Shown here in pieces: positions 34,901 to 44,524 of a stretch of 64,000 nt of DNA. The position numbers and the translations under genes were made by a program. The stretch comes from a virus (lineage: Duplodnaviria > Caudoviricetes). The notes under the pieces were generated by a model. The model made no database searches. It worked only from the letters and a program-made list of their open reading frames with translations, and was not told the origin of the DNA. Location: the IMG/VR virus record IMGVR_UViG_3300031851_000001; one strand, written 5' to 3'. Numbering within the stretch: the first letter of the stretch is position 1; each line of letters opens with the position of its first letter.

Positions 34901-35620
34901 ATGGTAGTAGATCTATTTTTAGTATACCAATTTATCCGTCGTCTAGCAACTCCATTTGAAAAATGGGATGCATACAAAGAAGGCATTATTGATAAAAATG
35001 GTAAGGTACTAATTAAATCAAAGAATTTTACAACGAAAAAGCAACGTGCTGCTTGGCGTATTTTTGATCGTATGATTGCTAACCTGAAAAAATTATTGGC
35101 TAAAGTACCGGGTGGTAGTTCAAAACTAGCATCATATGCGGCTGCCTTATTTTTAATTAAAGAATATAAAGCGTTTACCGACGAGTCAATGTTAAATGAA
35201 GATATCACTGATGAAAAACTAGATGAATCAATACAATTATTTTCTAGTAGATATAATCATTATACCACACTTGCAGAAAATGTCAATAGAAAAAATGAAG
35301 CGTTTGGCAGAGCAAGGTTTAGACAACAATTGGCAAAACGTGGAATGGACGTTGATAAACTCCATACTCAAAATGTTAAAGACGCTGATGCTGCAAAGAA
35401 AAGACAGCAAGCCGCGTCAGCTGATTTAAAATCGTTTAGAAAAAAATATAAAATCAATACAAAACCAGAGATCCAAGAAGAACCTACAAATAGCGTTAGT
35501 AGTGGAAACATTGCTGGCATGGATGGCGGTCATATGTCTAAAGAAGGACAAAAGAAATGGACGTCAAGTAATAAAAGTTCAAAGAAAAAGAGACTAAGAG
35601 ACATAATGGGAGACAAATAA
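34901..35620 (+). CDS. conserved T4-like hypothetical protein
   Basis: YQFIRRLATPFEKWDAYKEGIIDKNG; C-terminal EEPTNSVSSGNIAG module. Confidence 0.65.
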   Translation: MVVDLFLVYQFIRRLATPFEKWDAYKEGIIDKNGKVLIKSKNFTTKKQRAAWRIFDRMIANLKKLLAKVPGGSSKLASYAAALFLIKEYKAFTDESMLNEDITDEKLDESIQLFSSRYNHYTTLAENVNRKNEAFGRARFRQQLAKRGMDVDKLHTQNVKDADAAKKRQQAASADLKSFRKKYKINTKPEIQEEPTNSVSSGNIAGMDGGHMSKEGQKKWTSSNKSSKKKRLRDIMGDK

Positions 35621-36469
35621 GTGATTACTTTAGAACAATTTAGTGCAATGATTCCTTCAAATAAAGATCCCGAGGCTTGGTACGAAGCAGCGGTTCCGAT
35701 GTTTGAAAAATATGAAATCAATACAAATAATCGTATCGCTGGCTTTATGGCACAATGTGCACATGAGTCATTAGACTTTACCCGCTTAGTAGAAAATCTT
35801 AATTATTCAGAAAAAGCATTGAACTCAGTGTTTGGTCGTTATTTTGGAAAAGGAAAACGTGATGCAAAGGAATATGCAAGAGACCAAGAAAAAATCGCAA
35901 ACTATGTCTACCAAGATGAGTTTAGATCCAAACGAGGAGCCTTGGGAAACGTTAATCCCGGCGATGGCTGGCTCTTTAGGGGTAGAGGTATCAAGCAGCT
36001 TACAGGAAGAAATAATTACGCACAATTTGGAAGTTCAATCGACATAAGTGCTGAGGAAGCTGCTGAATATGTATCAACACCAAAAGGCGCTCTCGAGTCT
36101 GCTTGTTGGTTTTGGTCTACTAATAAATTAGAAAAGTGGGCTGACAAAGGTGACAATAAAGGTTTAACCAAAAAGATTAATGGTGGTACAATTGGATTAG
36201 AAGATCGTAATCGCCGTTGGGACGAAGCGTTAGCAATCCTTGGTGGTAAAGTACCAGCTCCTAAGAAAACAACAAAAGGCGCAGTACGTACTCTACGTAA
36301 AGGTATGCAAGGCGATGACGTTAAGAAAATGCAAAAAGCAATTGGCGTAGCAGCTGACGGCGATTTTGGATTTGGAACTCTTACCGCCGTAAAGAAATGG
36401 CAAAATGTAAATGGATTAGTTGCTGATGGCATTGTAGGTCCTGCTACCCAGACTAAAATGTTTAAATAG
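35621..36469 (+). CDS. endolysin, GH19 with C-terminal peptidoglycan-binding domain
   Basis: AQCAHES, FRGRGIKQLTGRNNY, KKINGG; LRKGMQGDDV..Q...ADGDFG..T..AVKKWQ..NGLVADGIVG. Confidence 0.9.
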   Translation: MITLEQFSAMIPSNKDPEAWYEAAVPMFEKYEINTNNRIAGFMAQCAHESLDFTRLVENLNYSEKALNSVFGRYFGKGKRDAKEYARDQEKIANYVYQDEFRSKRGALGNVNPGDGWLFRGRGIKQLTGRNNYAQFGSSIDISAEEAAEYVSTPKGALESACWFWSTNKLEKWADKGDNKGLTKKINGGTIGLEDRNRRWDEALAILGGKVPAPKKTTKGAVRTLRKGMQGDDVKKMQKAIGVAADGDFGFGTLTAVKKWQNVNGLVADGIVGPATQTKMFK

Positions 36470-36507
36470 ATAAATAGAATATAGAAATCAACCAAAAGGA
36501 GATAGAA

Positions 36508-36876
36508 ATGTCTTTAGAAAAAATTATCAAAGAAGCGTTGGATAAAAATCCATTGGAAATGAAAGACGCATTCGCAGAAGAAATGGCAACACGTATTGCC
36601 GCTGCTTTAGAAGAAAAATATAAATCAGCTTTAAAAGAAGATTTAGAAGAAGCAAAAGACGACGATGATGAAGACGAAGATGATGATGATGACGATGACG
36701 ACGACGACGATTCTGACGACGACGATGACTCGGACGACGACGCTAAAATCGGCGCTGACATGAAAAAATTAAATGCATCTTGCACAAAAACAGAAATGTA
36801 TGGTAAGATGAAAGAAAAGTATGGCTGTTCAAAAGGAAAATTTGAAGGTCTATACGCATCATATTGCTCAAAGTAA
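36508..36876 (+). CDS. acidic prohead-core-like protein (gp67-like N-terminus)
   Basis: LEKIIKEA...KDAFAEEMATRIAAALEE followed by a poly-Asp tract. Confidence 0.5.
   Translation: MSLEKIIKEALDKNPLEMKDAFAEEMATRIAAALEEKYKSALKEDLEEAKDDDDEDEDDDDDDDDDDDSDDDDDSDDDAKIGADMKKLNASCTKTEMYGKMKEKYGCSKGKFEGLYASYCSK
36658..36741 (+). repeat. GAY-codon low-complexity tract (poly-Asp)
   Basis: 28 codons: 26 acidic and 2 Ser. Confidence 0.9.
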
Positions 36877-36888
36877 TAAGGTGTCAGG

Positions 36889-37332
36889 ATGGCTAAACTA
36901 TATCTATTAATTATTGTCTGTGGTTTATTTGCAGGTGTAGGATATGGTGCCAAACAGTATTACGATTGGTCTGAGGAAACGATAAGCGTTCTTCGGACCA
37001 ATAACGTTAAACTAGTAGCGGCTACTGAAACATTACAAAATACTGTGGACACAATGGTTGCCGATGCCCAGAGAAACGAAAAATTAAACCAAAATCTTAC
37101 AAAACAATTAGCAGAGTCGCGTGAGTATTTAAATACATTGCGTAACAAATTTGCTCGCATTGATTTAGACATGGAAGCGTTAACTGACCCTGTTGATCTA
37201 GAAGAAAGAGTACAGAATGCAGTTAACAAACTTATTGACGAAATCGCCGAAGATACTACTCCTCCTTCCGATGTTGATGATACTGACGGGGTGTCTGAGC
37301 CAACCGGAACCAGTAGTGGTAACTCAGACTGA
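36889..37332 (+). CDS. i-spanin (Rz-like)
   Basis: N-terminal TM helix, coiled coil, overlap with a downstream lipoprotein gene, next to the endolysin. Confidence 0.65.
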   Translation: MAKLYLLIIVCGLFAGVGYGAKQYYDWSEETISVLRTNNVKLVAATETLQNTVDTMVADAQRNEKLNQNLTKQLAESREYLNTLRNKFARIDLDMEALTDPVDLEERVQNAVNKLIDEIAEDTTPPSDVDDTDGVSEPTGTSSGNSD

Positions 37333-37591
37333 ATATCAAAAACAAAATATCCCAATACAAGAGAGACCGCCTTTAGTTGACTTCCCTCCTATGGAGTGGA
37401 TGGTTATTACTGAGGATAACCTTGACGAAAAAGTAAATGAGCTCAAAGGTAAAAATGGAAATTTTGTAGTATTTGCTATTAGCTCAAAAGGTTATGAAAA
37501 CCTTGCTATTGGTATTGGAGAATTGCGAAGATATATAAACGAACAAAAAGCAATAATTGTCTATTATGAAGAGGCGTTGCGTGATAAATAG
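37217..37591 (+). CDS. o-spanin (Rz1-like) lipoprotein
   Basis: Lipobox ILTGC after a hydrophobic run; Pro-rich; overlaps the i-spanin. Confidence 0.65.
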   Translation: MQLTNLLTKSPKILLLLPMLMILTGCLSQPEPVVVTQTEYQKQNIPIQERPPLVDFPPMEWMVITEDNLDEKVNELKGKNGNFVVFAISSKGYENLAIGIGELRRYINEQKAIIVYYEEALRDK

Positions 37592-37685
37592 TAGCGTATA
37601 CAAATTATATTATTTTAAGTGATTAAGTTAATCATGGAGTTCGCCACTAGCCTCCGTTATCAAAAGGCATTAAAGGAATAATATT

Positions 37686-38177
37686 TTGGCTACAGAAAAA
37701 AATTGGGAAACCGATATACGGTTAATCCAAAGTGATATTAAACAAATTCAAAAGTTCTTTAACAAGGTTGAAACATCAATGGATGTTATGGTTGACCTTA
37801 GCAAGAACGTAGCTGTTCAATCAGAAGTAATTGCTTTTACTAAAGAAAAGCTTGAAGAAATTGAAAGAACAGTAGACGAAACGCGAAAAACTGAAGATTT
37901 ACGTTTGCAAGTATTGAGCGATAGGCTCGAAGAATATAGGCGATCGTCACGTGGTGACCATGAAAAACTTGCTCAGCACAACGCTGAAAAACGAGCTATG
38001 AGTAATAAAGAAATACTCGAAAAGCTTGAAATCATGGAGCGTGGTTTGCATTCTCGTATTAACGATCAAACAAAAAAGATTTCAACATTGGAAAACTGGC
38101 GTTACTATATCATGGGTGTAAGTGCTGTTATTATGTTTTTCTTTGCTAAATGGTCTTGGCCTGATCTATTTGGTTGA
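37686..38177 (+). CDS. coiled-coil protein with C-terminal TM helix (holin-like, tentative)
   Basis: TTG start with AAGGA SD; C-terminal WRYYIMGVSAVIMFFFAKW. Confidence 0.5.
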   Translation: MATEKNWETDIRLIQSDIKQIQKFFNKVETSMDVMVDLSKNVAVQSEVIAFTKEKLEEIERTVDETRKTEDLRLQVLSDRLEEYRRSSRGDHEKLAQHNAEKRAMSNKEILEKLEIMERGLHSRINDQTKKISTLENWRYYIMGVSAVIMFFFAKWSWPDLFG

Positions 38178-38268
38178 CATACAATTAAATCTGTGATATA
38201 CTAAATTAACGGTTGACATTATAGCGCTCTATTGTTATAATGTTTATATTCAATATGGAAAGTATATA

Positions 38269-39288
38269 ATGGTAGATTTTGTCGACATTCAGTATGCTCA
38301 GATGTTATCTGGCAGACTTGATAACTTTAAAATACGTAACACAAATCCCTATAAAATTAACTTCCGCTGCCCTATTTGTGGTGACTCTCAAAAGTCCCGC
38401 TCAAAGGCACGTGGTTGGTTATTGGAGCGGGATAATAAGTTCTCTTTTTACTGTCACAACTGTGGTACATCTCAGGGCTTCTCGTACTTCCTTAAAGGAC
38501 AAGACCAGCAACTATATAATGACTATGTGGCTGATAAGTTTGTAGGTAAAGCCAATAATACTATCAAGGATACTAAAGATAAAGAAGTTGACGATAGTAA
38601 GTTTAAAACAAAAGCACCTACGTTTAAAAAACAAAATCCCCTTTCTAAAATCAAAAAAGTTAGTCAATTAAAACATGACCACCCAGTCAAGTATTATATT
38701 GAACAACGCAAAATCCCTACAAGTCACCATTATCGTTTATACTATGCTCCTAAGTTTAAGACATGGATCAATAGTATTATACCAAATAAATTTCCAAATT
38801 TTAAAAAAGACGAACCGCGTTTAATCATACCATTTCTTGATGAACGTGGCAATTGCTTTGGTGTATCCGCTCGTGGTTTTGATCCAGACGGAATTAGATA
38901 TATAACTATATTGTTTGAAGAAAGACCAAAGATTTTTGGTTTGGACAAAGTCGATTTCAGCCAACCTTATTATATTGTTGAAGGCGCCATAGACAGTATG
39001 TTCCTCGAGAATGCTATCTCTATGAATGGCGCAGAAGGCAATGGCAACTCTGCAAGTGATAATGCGATATATGTATTTGATGCTGAGCCACGTAATAAGG
39101 AAATTTGCGATCGTATGGAAAAAGTAATCAAAGCTGGATATAAAGTATGTATTTGGCCTGAGAACGTTCCCGCGAAAGACATAAACGATATCTATATGAA
39201 AGGGTATGATCCTGAAAAAATGATAGAAGAAAATATCTACCAAGGTTTGGTAGCTGAATTAAAATTTGCTAATTGGAGGAAATCTTGA
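38269..39288 (+). CDS. gp61: DNA primase
   Basis: FRCPICGDSQK...YCHNCG zinc finger, VEGAIDS, VFDAEPRN, KDIND. Confidence 0.95.
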   Translation: MVDFVDIQYAQMLSGRLDNFKIRNTNPYKINFRCPICGDSQKSRSKARGWLLERDNKFSFYCHNCGTSQGFSYFLKGQDQQLYNDYVADKFVGKANNTIKDTKDKEVDDSKFKTKAPTFKKQNPLSKIKKVSQLKHDHPVKYYIEQRKIPTSHHYRLYYAPKFKTWINSIIPNKFPNFKKDEPRLIIPFLDERGNCFGVSARGFDPDGIRYITILFEERPKIFGLDKVDFSQPYYIVEGAIDSMFLENAISMNGAEGNGNSASDNAIYVFDAEPRNKEICDRMEKVIKAGYKVCIWPENVPAKDINDIYMKGYDPEKMIEENIYQGLVAELKFANWRKS

Positions 39289-39436
39289 ACTTACTTAATT
39301 TAAAACCAGAATTAATAGAAACTATAATTAAAACACTTGAACCATCAAAAGATAAAGAGTGGCTTGAGCTGCAATTTAAAGAACAACAAAATGGCGGCGC
39401 ATGGAAGGCCCGCATCCGCGAACAAGGATACGTAAT

Positions 39437-40105
39437 ATGAAAGCTAGACTAATTGCATACTCACAACCAGTTAAAGATGAAATCATTGGCTTAGATGATG
39501 TACAAGATTTGATTGCATATTGTGCTAGAGTATCAAATCCATCCAATCAGTTAAACCAAGAGACTGCGCCTAAACTGCTCAACTATCTATCAAAACATTC
39601 TCATTGGTCTCCATTTGAAATGGCTAATGCAACATTGGAAATTGAAACAACTCGTGATATCGCTCGCCAAATGTTACGCCACCGTTCATTTGCATTCCAA
39701 GAGTTTAGTCAACGCTATGCCGATATTCGTGACTTAGATAGTAAAATGGTTGTTCGTAAGGCTCGATTGCAAGATCCAAAGAACCGTCAAAATAGTGTTA
39801 TGACTGATGATGTTTCTCTGCATATGGCTTGGGAAGTTCATCAACGAAAGGTTTGGAACGAAGCTATGAAATCATATGCTTGGGCTATTGAAAACGGTAT
39901 CGCAAAAGAACAAGCTCGTGCCCTTTTACCTGAAGGTAATACACCAAGCCGTTTATATATGCAAGGTTCTATTCGTTCATGGATCCATTATGTTGAACTG
40001 CGTTCGTCTAATGGAACACAACAAGAACATATGGAAATTGCTATAGCTTGTGCCGAAGCGATTACAAAAATCTTCCCGTCAATGGATAAGTTTATTGAAA
40101 AATAA
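39437..40105 (+). CDS. thyX: flavin-dependent thymidylate synthase
   Basis: HWSPFE, RHRSFAFQEFSQRYA, KEQARALLP, TQQEH. Confidence 0.95.
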   Translation: MKARLIAYSQPVKDEIIGLDDVQDLIAYCARVSNPSNQLNQETAPKLLNYLSKHSHWSPFEMANATLEIETTRDIARQMLRHRSFAFQEFSQRYADIRDLDSKMVVRKARLQDPKNRQNSVMTDDVSLHMAWEVHQRKVWNEAMKSYAWAIENGIAKEQARALLPEGNTPSRLYMQGSIRSWIHYVELRSSNGTQQEHMEIAIACAEAITKIFPSMDKFIEK

Positions 40106-40163
40106 TGTTTCCAAAATAAATTTATTTTTATTGACATTTAGGGATATATGTAGTATAGTAACT

Positions 40164-40171
40164 TATAAATA
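40164..40171 (+). promoter_or_regulatory. T4-type late promoter
   Basis: TATAAATA in the nrdB leader. Confidence 0.5.
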
Positions 40172-40281
40172 TAGCTACCAGTTGACTGTAGAAGTCAATG
40201 AATATCCAATTAGAATAAACAATATAGTGCCTTATGGGTGCCGTGTTGTTTATACACATTAACATATAAGAGGCGCCAAGG

Positions 40282-41574
40282 ATGTTAGAAAACACTCAAT
40301 CAATTTCAAATGTAATAGAATTACCTAGACTAGTTAATTATGTAACTAAACGTGACGGGACCACTAAGGACTTCGATAAAAATAAGATTACATATGCAGT
40401 AGAAAAGGCAATGAAAGGAATTGGTATTCGAAGTAAAAACTTATCAAGTGAAATTACTTCAGAGGTGGTTGAAACCATCAACAACGAATCAACTGACGTT
40501 ATTGTGAGTGTTGATACTATTCACAAAACAGTTGAAAACGTTATTATGGATATGGGATTACACGACTTGGCGAGAGAGTATATCCTATTCCGTTTTAACA
40601 ATAAGCCTGACATCTTTCGTAAACGTACGAGTCTTAAACCATACGAATATCCTCAGCTGGTAGAATTTACTGATGCTATTCGCCATTCATATTGGGTACA
40701 TACAGAGTTTAATTACTCGTCAGATATCCAAGATATGAAAGTTAAAATGACAGAGCCAGAAGTTGAAATCGTAAAGAAAGCTATGTTGGCTATCTCTCAG
40801 ATTGAAGTTGCGGTTAAAACATTTTGGGCTAAGATTGGCGACCGTTTCCCTAAACCAGAAGTAGCAGCGGTAGGCATTACGTTTGGCGAATCAGAAGTAC
40901 GTCATGCTGATGCGTATTCAAATCTAATTGAAATCATGGGTCTTAACGAAGAGTTTGAAAAGGTAGTCGAAGTACCGGCTATGAAAAAGCGTATCGCTTA
41001 CCTTGAGCAATCAATCGGTGCCCCCGCAGATGATAAAGACTATTTCCACAAAATTATTCTATTCTCTATGTTTGTGGAAAACGTTTCATTGTTTAGTCAA
41101 TTCCTTATTATGATGGCTTTCAATAAACATAAGAATGTTCTCAAAGGTATTTCAAATGCTGTTGAAGCAACATCAAAAGAAGAAGATATTCACGCTCGTT
41201 TTGGTTTTGAACTAGTGAATATTATTAGAGAAGAAAACCCAGATTGGTTCGACAAAGATAGTAACAATGAAGTTAATCGTCTTTGCCGTGACGCATTCAA
41301 AGCAGAGTCTGCTATCGTTGATTGGATTTATGCCGACCACGATTTAGACTTTTTACCTAAAGCAACAGTGAAAGAATTCTTAAAGCATCGTTTCAATCAA
41401 TCATTGAAAGCAATTGATATGAAGCCTTTATATGAGGTAGACGAAGAGGCAGTCGCAAGTACTGACTGGTTTGTAGAAGAAATCCTAAGTACTAAAAATG
41501 TTGACTTTTTCGTCAAGCGTTCAACCGCTTATTCAAAGAAAACAAAAGCCTTCACCGAAGACGACCTCTTTTAG
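40282..41574 (+). CDS. nrdB: ribonucleotide reductase class Ia beta subunit with N-terminal ATP-cone
   Basis: VTKRDG...FDKNKI...IHKTVE..LAREYILFR (ATP-cone); QIEV, ESEVRHADAY, VENVSLFSQF, EEDIH. Confidence 0.92.
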   Translation: MLENTQSISNVIELPRLVNYVTKRDGTTKDFDKNKITYAVEKAMKGIGIRSKNLSSEITSEVVETINNESTDVIVSVDTIHKTVENVIMDMGLHDLAREYILFRFNNKPDIFRKRTSLKPYEYPQLVEFTDAIRHSYWVHTEFNYSSDIQDMKVKMTEPEVEIVKKAMLAISQIEVAVKTFWAKIGDRFPKPEVAAVGITFGESEVRHADAYSNLIEIMGLNEEFEKVVEVPAMKKRIAYLEQSIGAPADDKDYFHKIILFSMFVENVSLFSQFLIMMAFNKHKNVLKGISNAVEATSKEEDIHARFGFELVNIIREENPDWFDKDSNNEVNRLCRDAFKAESAIVDWIYADHDLDFLPKATVKEFLKHRFNQSLKAIDMKPLYEVDEEAVASTDWFVEEILSTKNVDFFVKRSTAYSKKTKAFTEDDLF

Positions 41575-41585
41575 AAAGATATATT

Positions 41586-43283
41586 ATGAGAAAATACAAG
41601 AAATTTTATTGGCTAAACGATGATGCGCGTACATTTTTGTCGCGCGGTTATCTAGAAGAAAAAGAAAAGCCACAAGACCGCATCCGTGTCATTGCTGATA
41701 AAGCTGAATGGTACCTAAAGGATATGGCAAAAACAAAAGCAAGTAAAGCCAAATACGATGGCTTTGCTGATAAATTTTATGACTATATGAGTCGTGGATT
41801 TTATTCATTAGCATCACCTATATGGGCTAACTATGGTAAAGAACGAGGTTTACCAGTATCATGTTTTGGCTCATTCATTGATGATAGTATGCAAGCTATT
41901 TTATTTGGTCATGCCGAGAATGGTATGTTAATGAAAAACGGTGGTGGTACATCGGGTTACTTTGGTGCAATTCGTCATCGTGGTGCTCCTATTAGAGACT
42001 CAGGTGAATCTTCAGGTTCAGTACACTTTATGCAAATGTATGATACGTTGGCGTCAGTTGTATCGCAGGGTTCAGTACGTCGAGGCTTCTTCGCTGCCTA
42101 CCAAGATATTGAACACCCAGATGCTGATGAGTTTTTAGATATTGGTACAGAAGGTAATCCTATCCAAGGCTTAACGACTGGTATTAATGTTAGTAACAAA
42201 TTCATTGACGAAATGAAAGCTGGCGATCCAGAAAAACGTCGTCTATGGGCAAAGGTATTACAACGTCGTTCTGAAATTGGTTTCCCTTATATTCTATTCT
42301 CAGATAACGTAAACGATGGTAGACCACAAGTATATAAAGATAAAGATATGCGAGTACATGCTTCAAATATGTGTGCTGAAATCGCATTGCCATCTTCGCA
42401 CGAAGAAACGTTTACATGCGTATTATCATCTCTTAATGTTTTACATTGGGATGAAATTAAAGAAACAGACGCGATTGAAACATTGACTATGTTCCTTGAT
42501 ACAGTATGCGAAGAGTTTGTTCGTAAGACTGCTGGTCAAATATATATGAAACGTGCTCGTGATTTTGCTATGAAACACCGTGCCCTTGGTGCTGGTATTT
42601 TAGGTTGGCATTCGCATTTACAATCTAAAATGATTTCTTTTGAGTCAAAAGAAGCAGCTCAGTTAAACCTCGAGATTGCCAAAACGATGCAGGAAAAATC
42701 ATATGAAGCTTCTCGTCAAATGGCAAAAACATTAGGTGAACCAGAGTTGCTTGAAGGTTATGGAATGCGTAATACCACAACAATGGCTATTGCTCCAACA
42801 AAATCATCAAGCTTTATTCTTGGTCAAGTATCACAGTCTATTGAGCCAGAATTCTCTAACGCGTATGTTAAAGATTTGGCGAAAATGAAAGTTACTATTC
42901 GTAATCCATACCTAAAAGAATTATTAATTGAAAAAGAACAAGATACACCAGATGTATGGGAATCAATTAAAAATCGCGACGGTTCAGTTCAGCACCTTGA
43001 GTTTTTAACTGAAGACGAACGCGCAGTATTTAAAACATTCTCAGAAATTAGTCCAAATACTATTATTGACCAAGCTGCTATTCGTCAAGAATACATTGAC
43101 CAATCTCAAAGTTTAAATCTTATGCTTGATCCAGATATGACAGTTAAAGATATTAACGCGTTATATCTATATGCAAATGAAATGGGTGTGAAAAGTTTAT
43201 ATTACGCTTACTCAATGTCAGCGGCTCAATCATTAACAAGAAAACGCGTTATGAGCGCAGATTGTGCGGCATGTGAAGCATAG
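41586..43283 (+). CDS. nrdA: ribonucleotide reductase class Ia alpha subunit lacking ATP-cone
   Basis: SCFG, GGGTSG, SNMCAEI, AIAPT, DQSQSLN, C-terminal CAAC. Confidence 0.93.
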   Translation: MRKYKKFYWLNDDARTFLSRGYLEEKEKPQDRIRVIADKAEWYLKDMAKTKASKAKYDGFADKFYDYMSRGFYSLASPIWANYGKERGLPVSCFGSFIDDSMQAILFGHAENGMLMKNGGGTSGYFGAIRHRGAPIRDSGESSGSVHFMQMYDTLASVVSQGSVRRGFFAAYQDIEHPDADEFLDIGTEGNPIQGLTTGINVSNKFIDEMKAGDPEKRRLWAKVLQRRSEIGFPYILFSDNVNDGRPQVYKDKDMRVHASNMCAEIALPSSHEETFTCVLSSLNVLHWDEIKETDAIETLTMFLDTVCEEFVRKTAGQIYMKRARDFAMKHRALGAGILGWHSHLQSKMISFESKEAAQLNLEIAKTMQEKSYEASRQMAKTLGEPELLEGYGMRNTTTMAIAPTKSSSFILGQVSQSIEPEFSNAYVKDLAKMKVTIRNPYLKELLIEKEQDTPDVWESIKNRDGSVQHLEFLTEDERAVFKTFSEISPNTIIDQAAIRQEYIDQSQSLNLMLDPDMTVKDINALYLYANEMGVKSLYYAYSMSAAQSLTRKRVMSADCAACEA

Positions 43284-43286
43284 ATT

Positions 43287-44483
43287 ATGAACTATCTGAA
43301 ATACTTTGAAAAAACAGTTAAAGAATTTAAAGCCGATGGCAGATATAGAGTCTTTAACGATATACTTAGAGAGCGAGGGTCTTTCCCTCGTTCAATATGG
43401 TATGGTAAGTATGCTCCAAAAAATATAGTGAACTGGTGTTCTAATGATTATTTAGGTATGGGTCAAAATCCATATGTTATTGATTCAATGCATACAGCTT
43501 TGGATCAGACAGGTGCTGGATCAGGCGGTACTCGTAATATAGGTGGAACATCACATTACCATGTTACATTAGAGCGAGAGATAGCATCTTTACATAAAAC
43601 TCAATCGGCATTAATATTTACAAGCGCATATGTTGCTAATGAATGGTCACTTATAGCCTTATCTAAAATTATACCAAATATATGTTTTGTTTCTGATAGC
43701 AAAAACCATGCTTCAATTATTATGGGTATGGTAAATAGTAGAGCAGAAAAACTAATATTTGAACATAACGATATGTCTGATTTGGAAACAAAACTCAAAC
43801 TGGCGCTTAAACGTAAACTAAACCCCGTAATTGTATTTGAGTCAATATACTCGATGGACGGAGATGTATCACCTATAAAATCAATAGTTGATCTGGCATA
43901 TAAATATAAGGCAATGACTTATATAGACGAGGTCCATGCAGTAGGTCTTTATGGTAAAACAGGCGCTGGGTATTGTGAAGAGCTAAACTTATATTCTGAT
44001 AGTATCGACATTGTGAACGGTACATTGGGAAAAGCTTACGGCGTCCAAGGAGGTTACATTGCAGGTAATCAAACTATTATTGACGCTATTAGGTCGACGG
44101 CAAGTGGTTTCATATTCACTACCAGTATGTCACCAGTTATATGCGCTGGGGCACTCGCCAGTATAAATTATCTAAAGGATCACAACTCCCTTAGAGAAAA
44201 ACATCAAGAACGTGTTGCCAAACTCAAAGGCATGCTTATTGATGCAGGAATAAATATCCATCCAAACGCTTGTACTCACATTATACCAGTGATGGTCAAT
44301 GATGCGTTTAAATGTAAAGAAGCTTCGGATAGATTAATAAACGAATTCGGTATATACATACAACCAATTAATTCTCCAACAGTGGAACAAGGGACCGAGC
44401 GATTACGTATCGCACCTACTCCATACCATACCGATATAATGATGGTAGAATTAGTTGAAGCGCTGAAAGAAGTATTGAAATGA
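43287..44483 (+). CDS. hemA: 5-aminolevulinate synthase (Shemin pathway)
   Basis: [61 protein letters not shown]. Confidence 0.92.
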   Translation: MNYLKYFEKTVKEFKADGRYRVFNDILRERGSFPRSIWYGKYAPKNIVNWCSNDYLGMGQNPYVIDSMHTALDQTGAGSGGTRNIGGTSHYHVTLEREIASLHKTQSALIFTSAYVANEWSLIALSKIIPNICFVSDSKNHASIIMGMVNSRAEKLIFEHNDMSDLETKLKLALKRKLNPVIVFESIYSMDGDVSPIKSIVDLAYKYKAMTYIDEVHAVGLYGKTGAGYCEELNLYSDSIDIVNGTLGKAYGVQGGYIAGNQTIIDAIRSTASGFIFTTSMSPVICAGALASINYLKDHNSLREKHQERVAKLKGMLIDAGINIHPNACTHIIPVMVNDAFKCKEASDRLINEFGIYIQPINSPTVEQGTERLRIAPTPYHTDIMMVELVEALKEVLK

Positions 44484-44524
44484 ATCAATTAGAAAATGCA
44501 TTCTTCAGTAAAAAGGAAAATAAC

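Noticed and set aside
36658-36741. Short tandem repeat as a CRISPR or regulatory array
   Set aside because: It is in-frame GAY codon low complexity with no repeat-spacer structure
36462-36953. Minus-strand ORF with a poly-Ser run
   Set aside because: Antisense shadow of the poly-Asp codons in 36508..36876; no SD or independent support
40106-40281. NrdR box or riboswitch in the nrdB leader
   Set aside because: AT-rich segments only loosely resemble the NrdR consensus and the hairpins are weak; an Rfam or motif scan would be needed
17046-43283. Introns or inteins in uvsX, 41, 61, thyX, nrdB and nrdA
   Set aside because: All are uninterrupted and of ordinary length; the extra length of NrdB is explained by the ATP-cone
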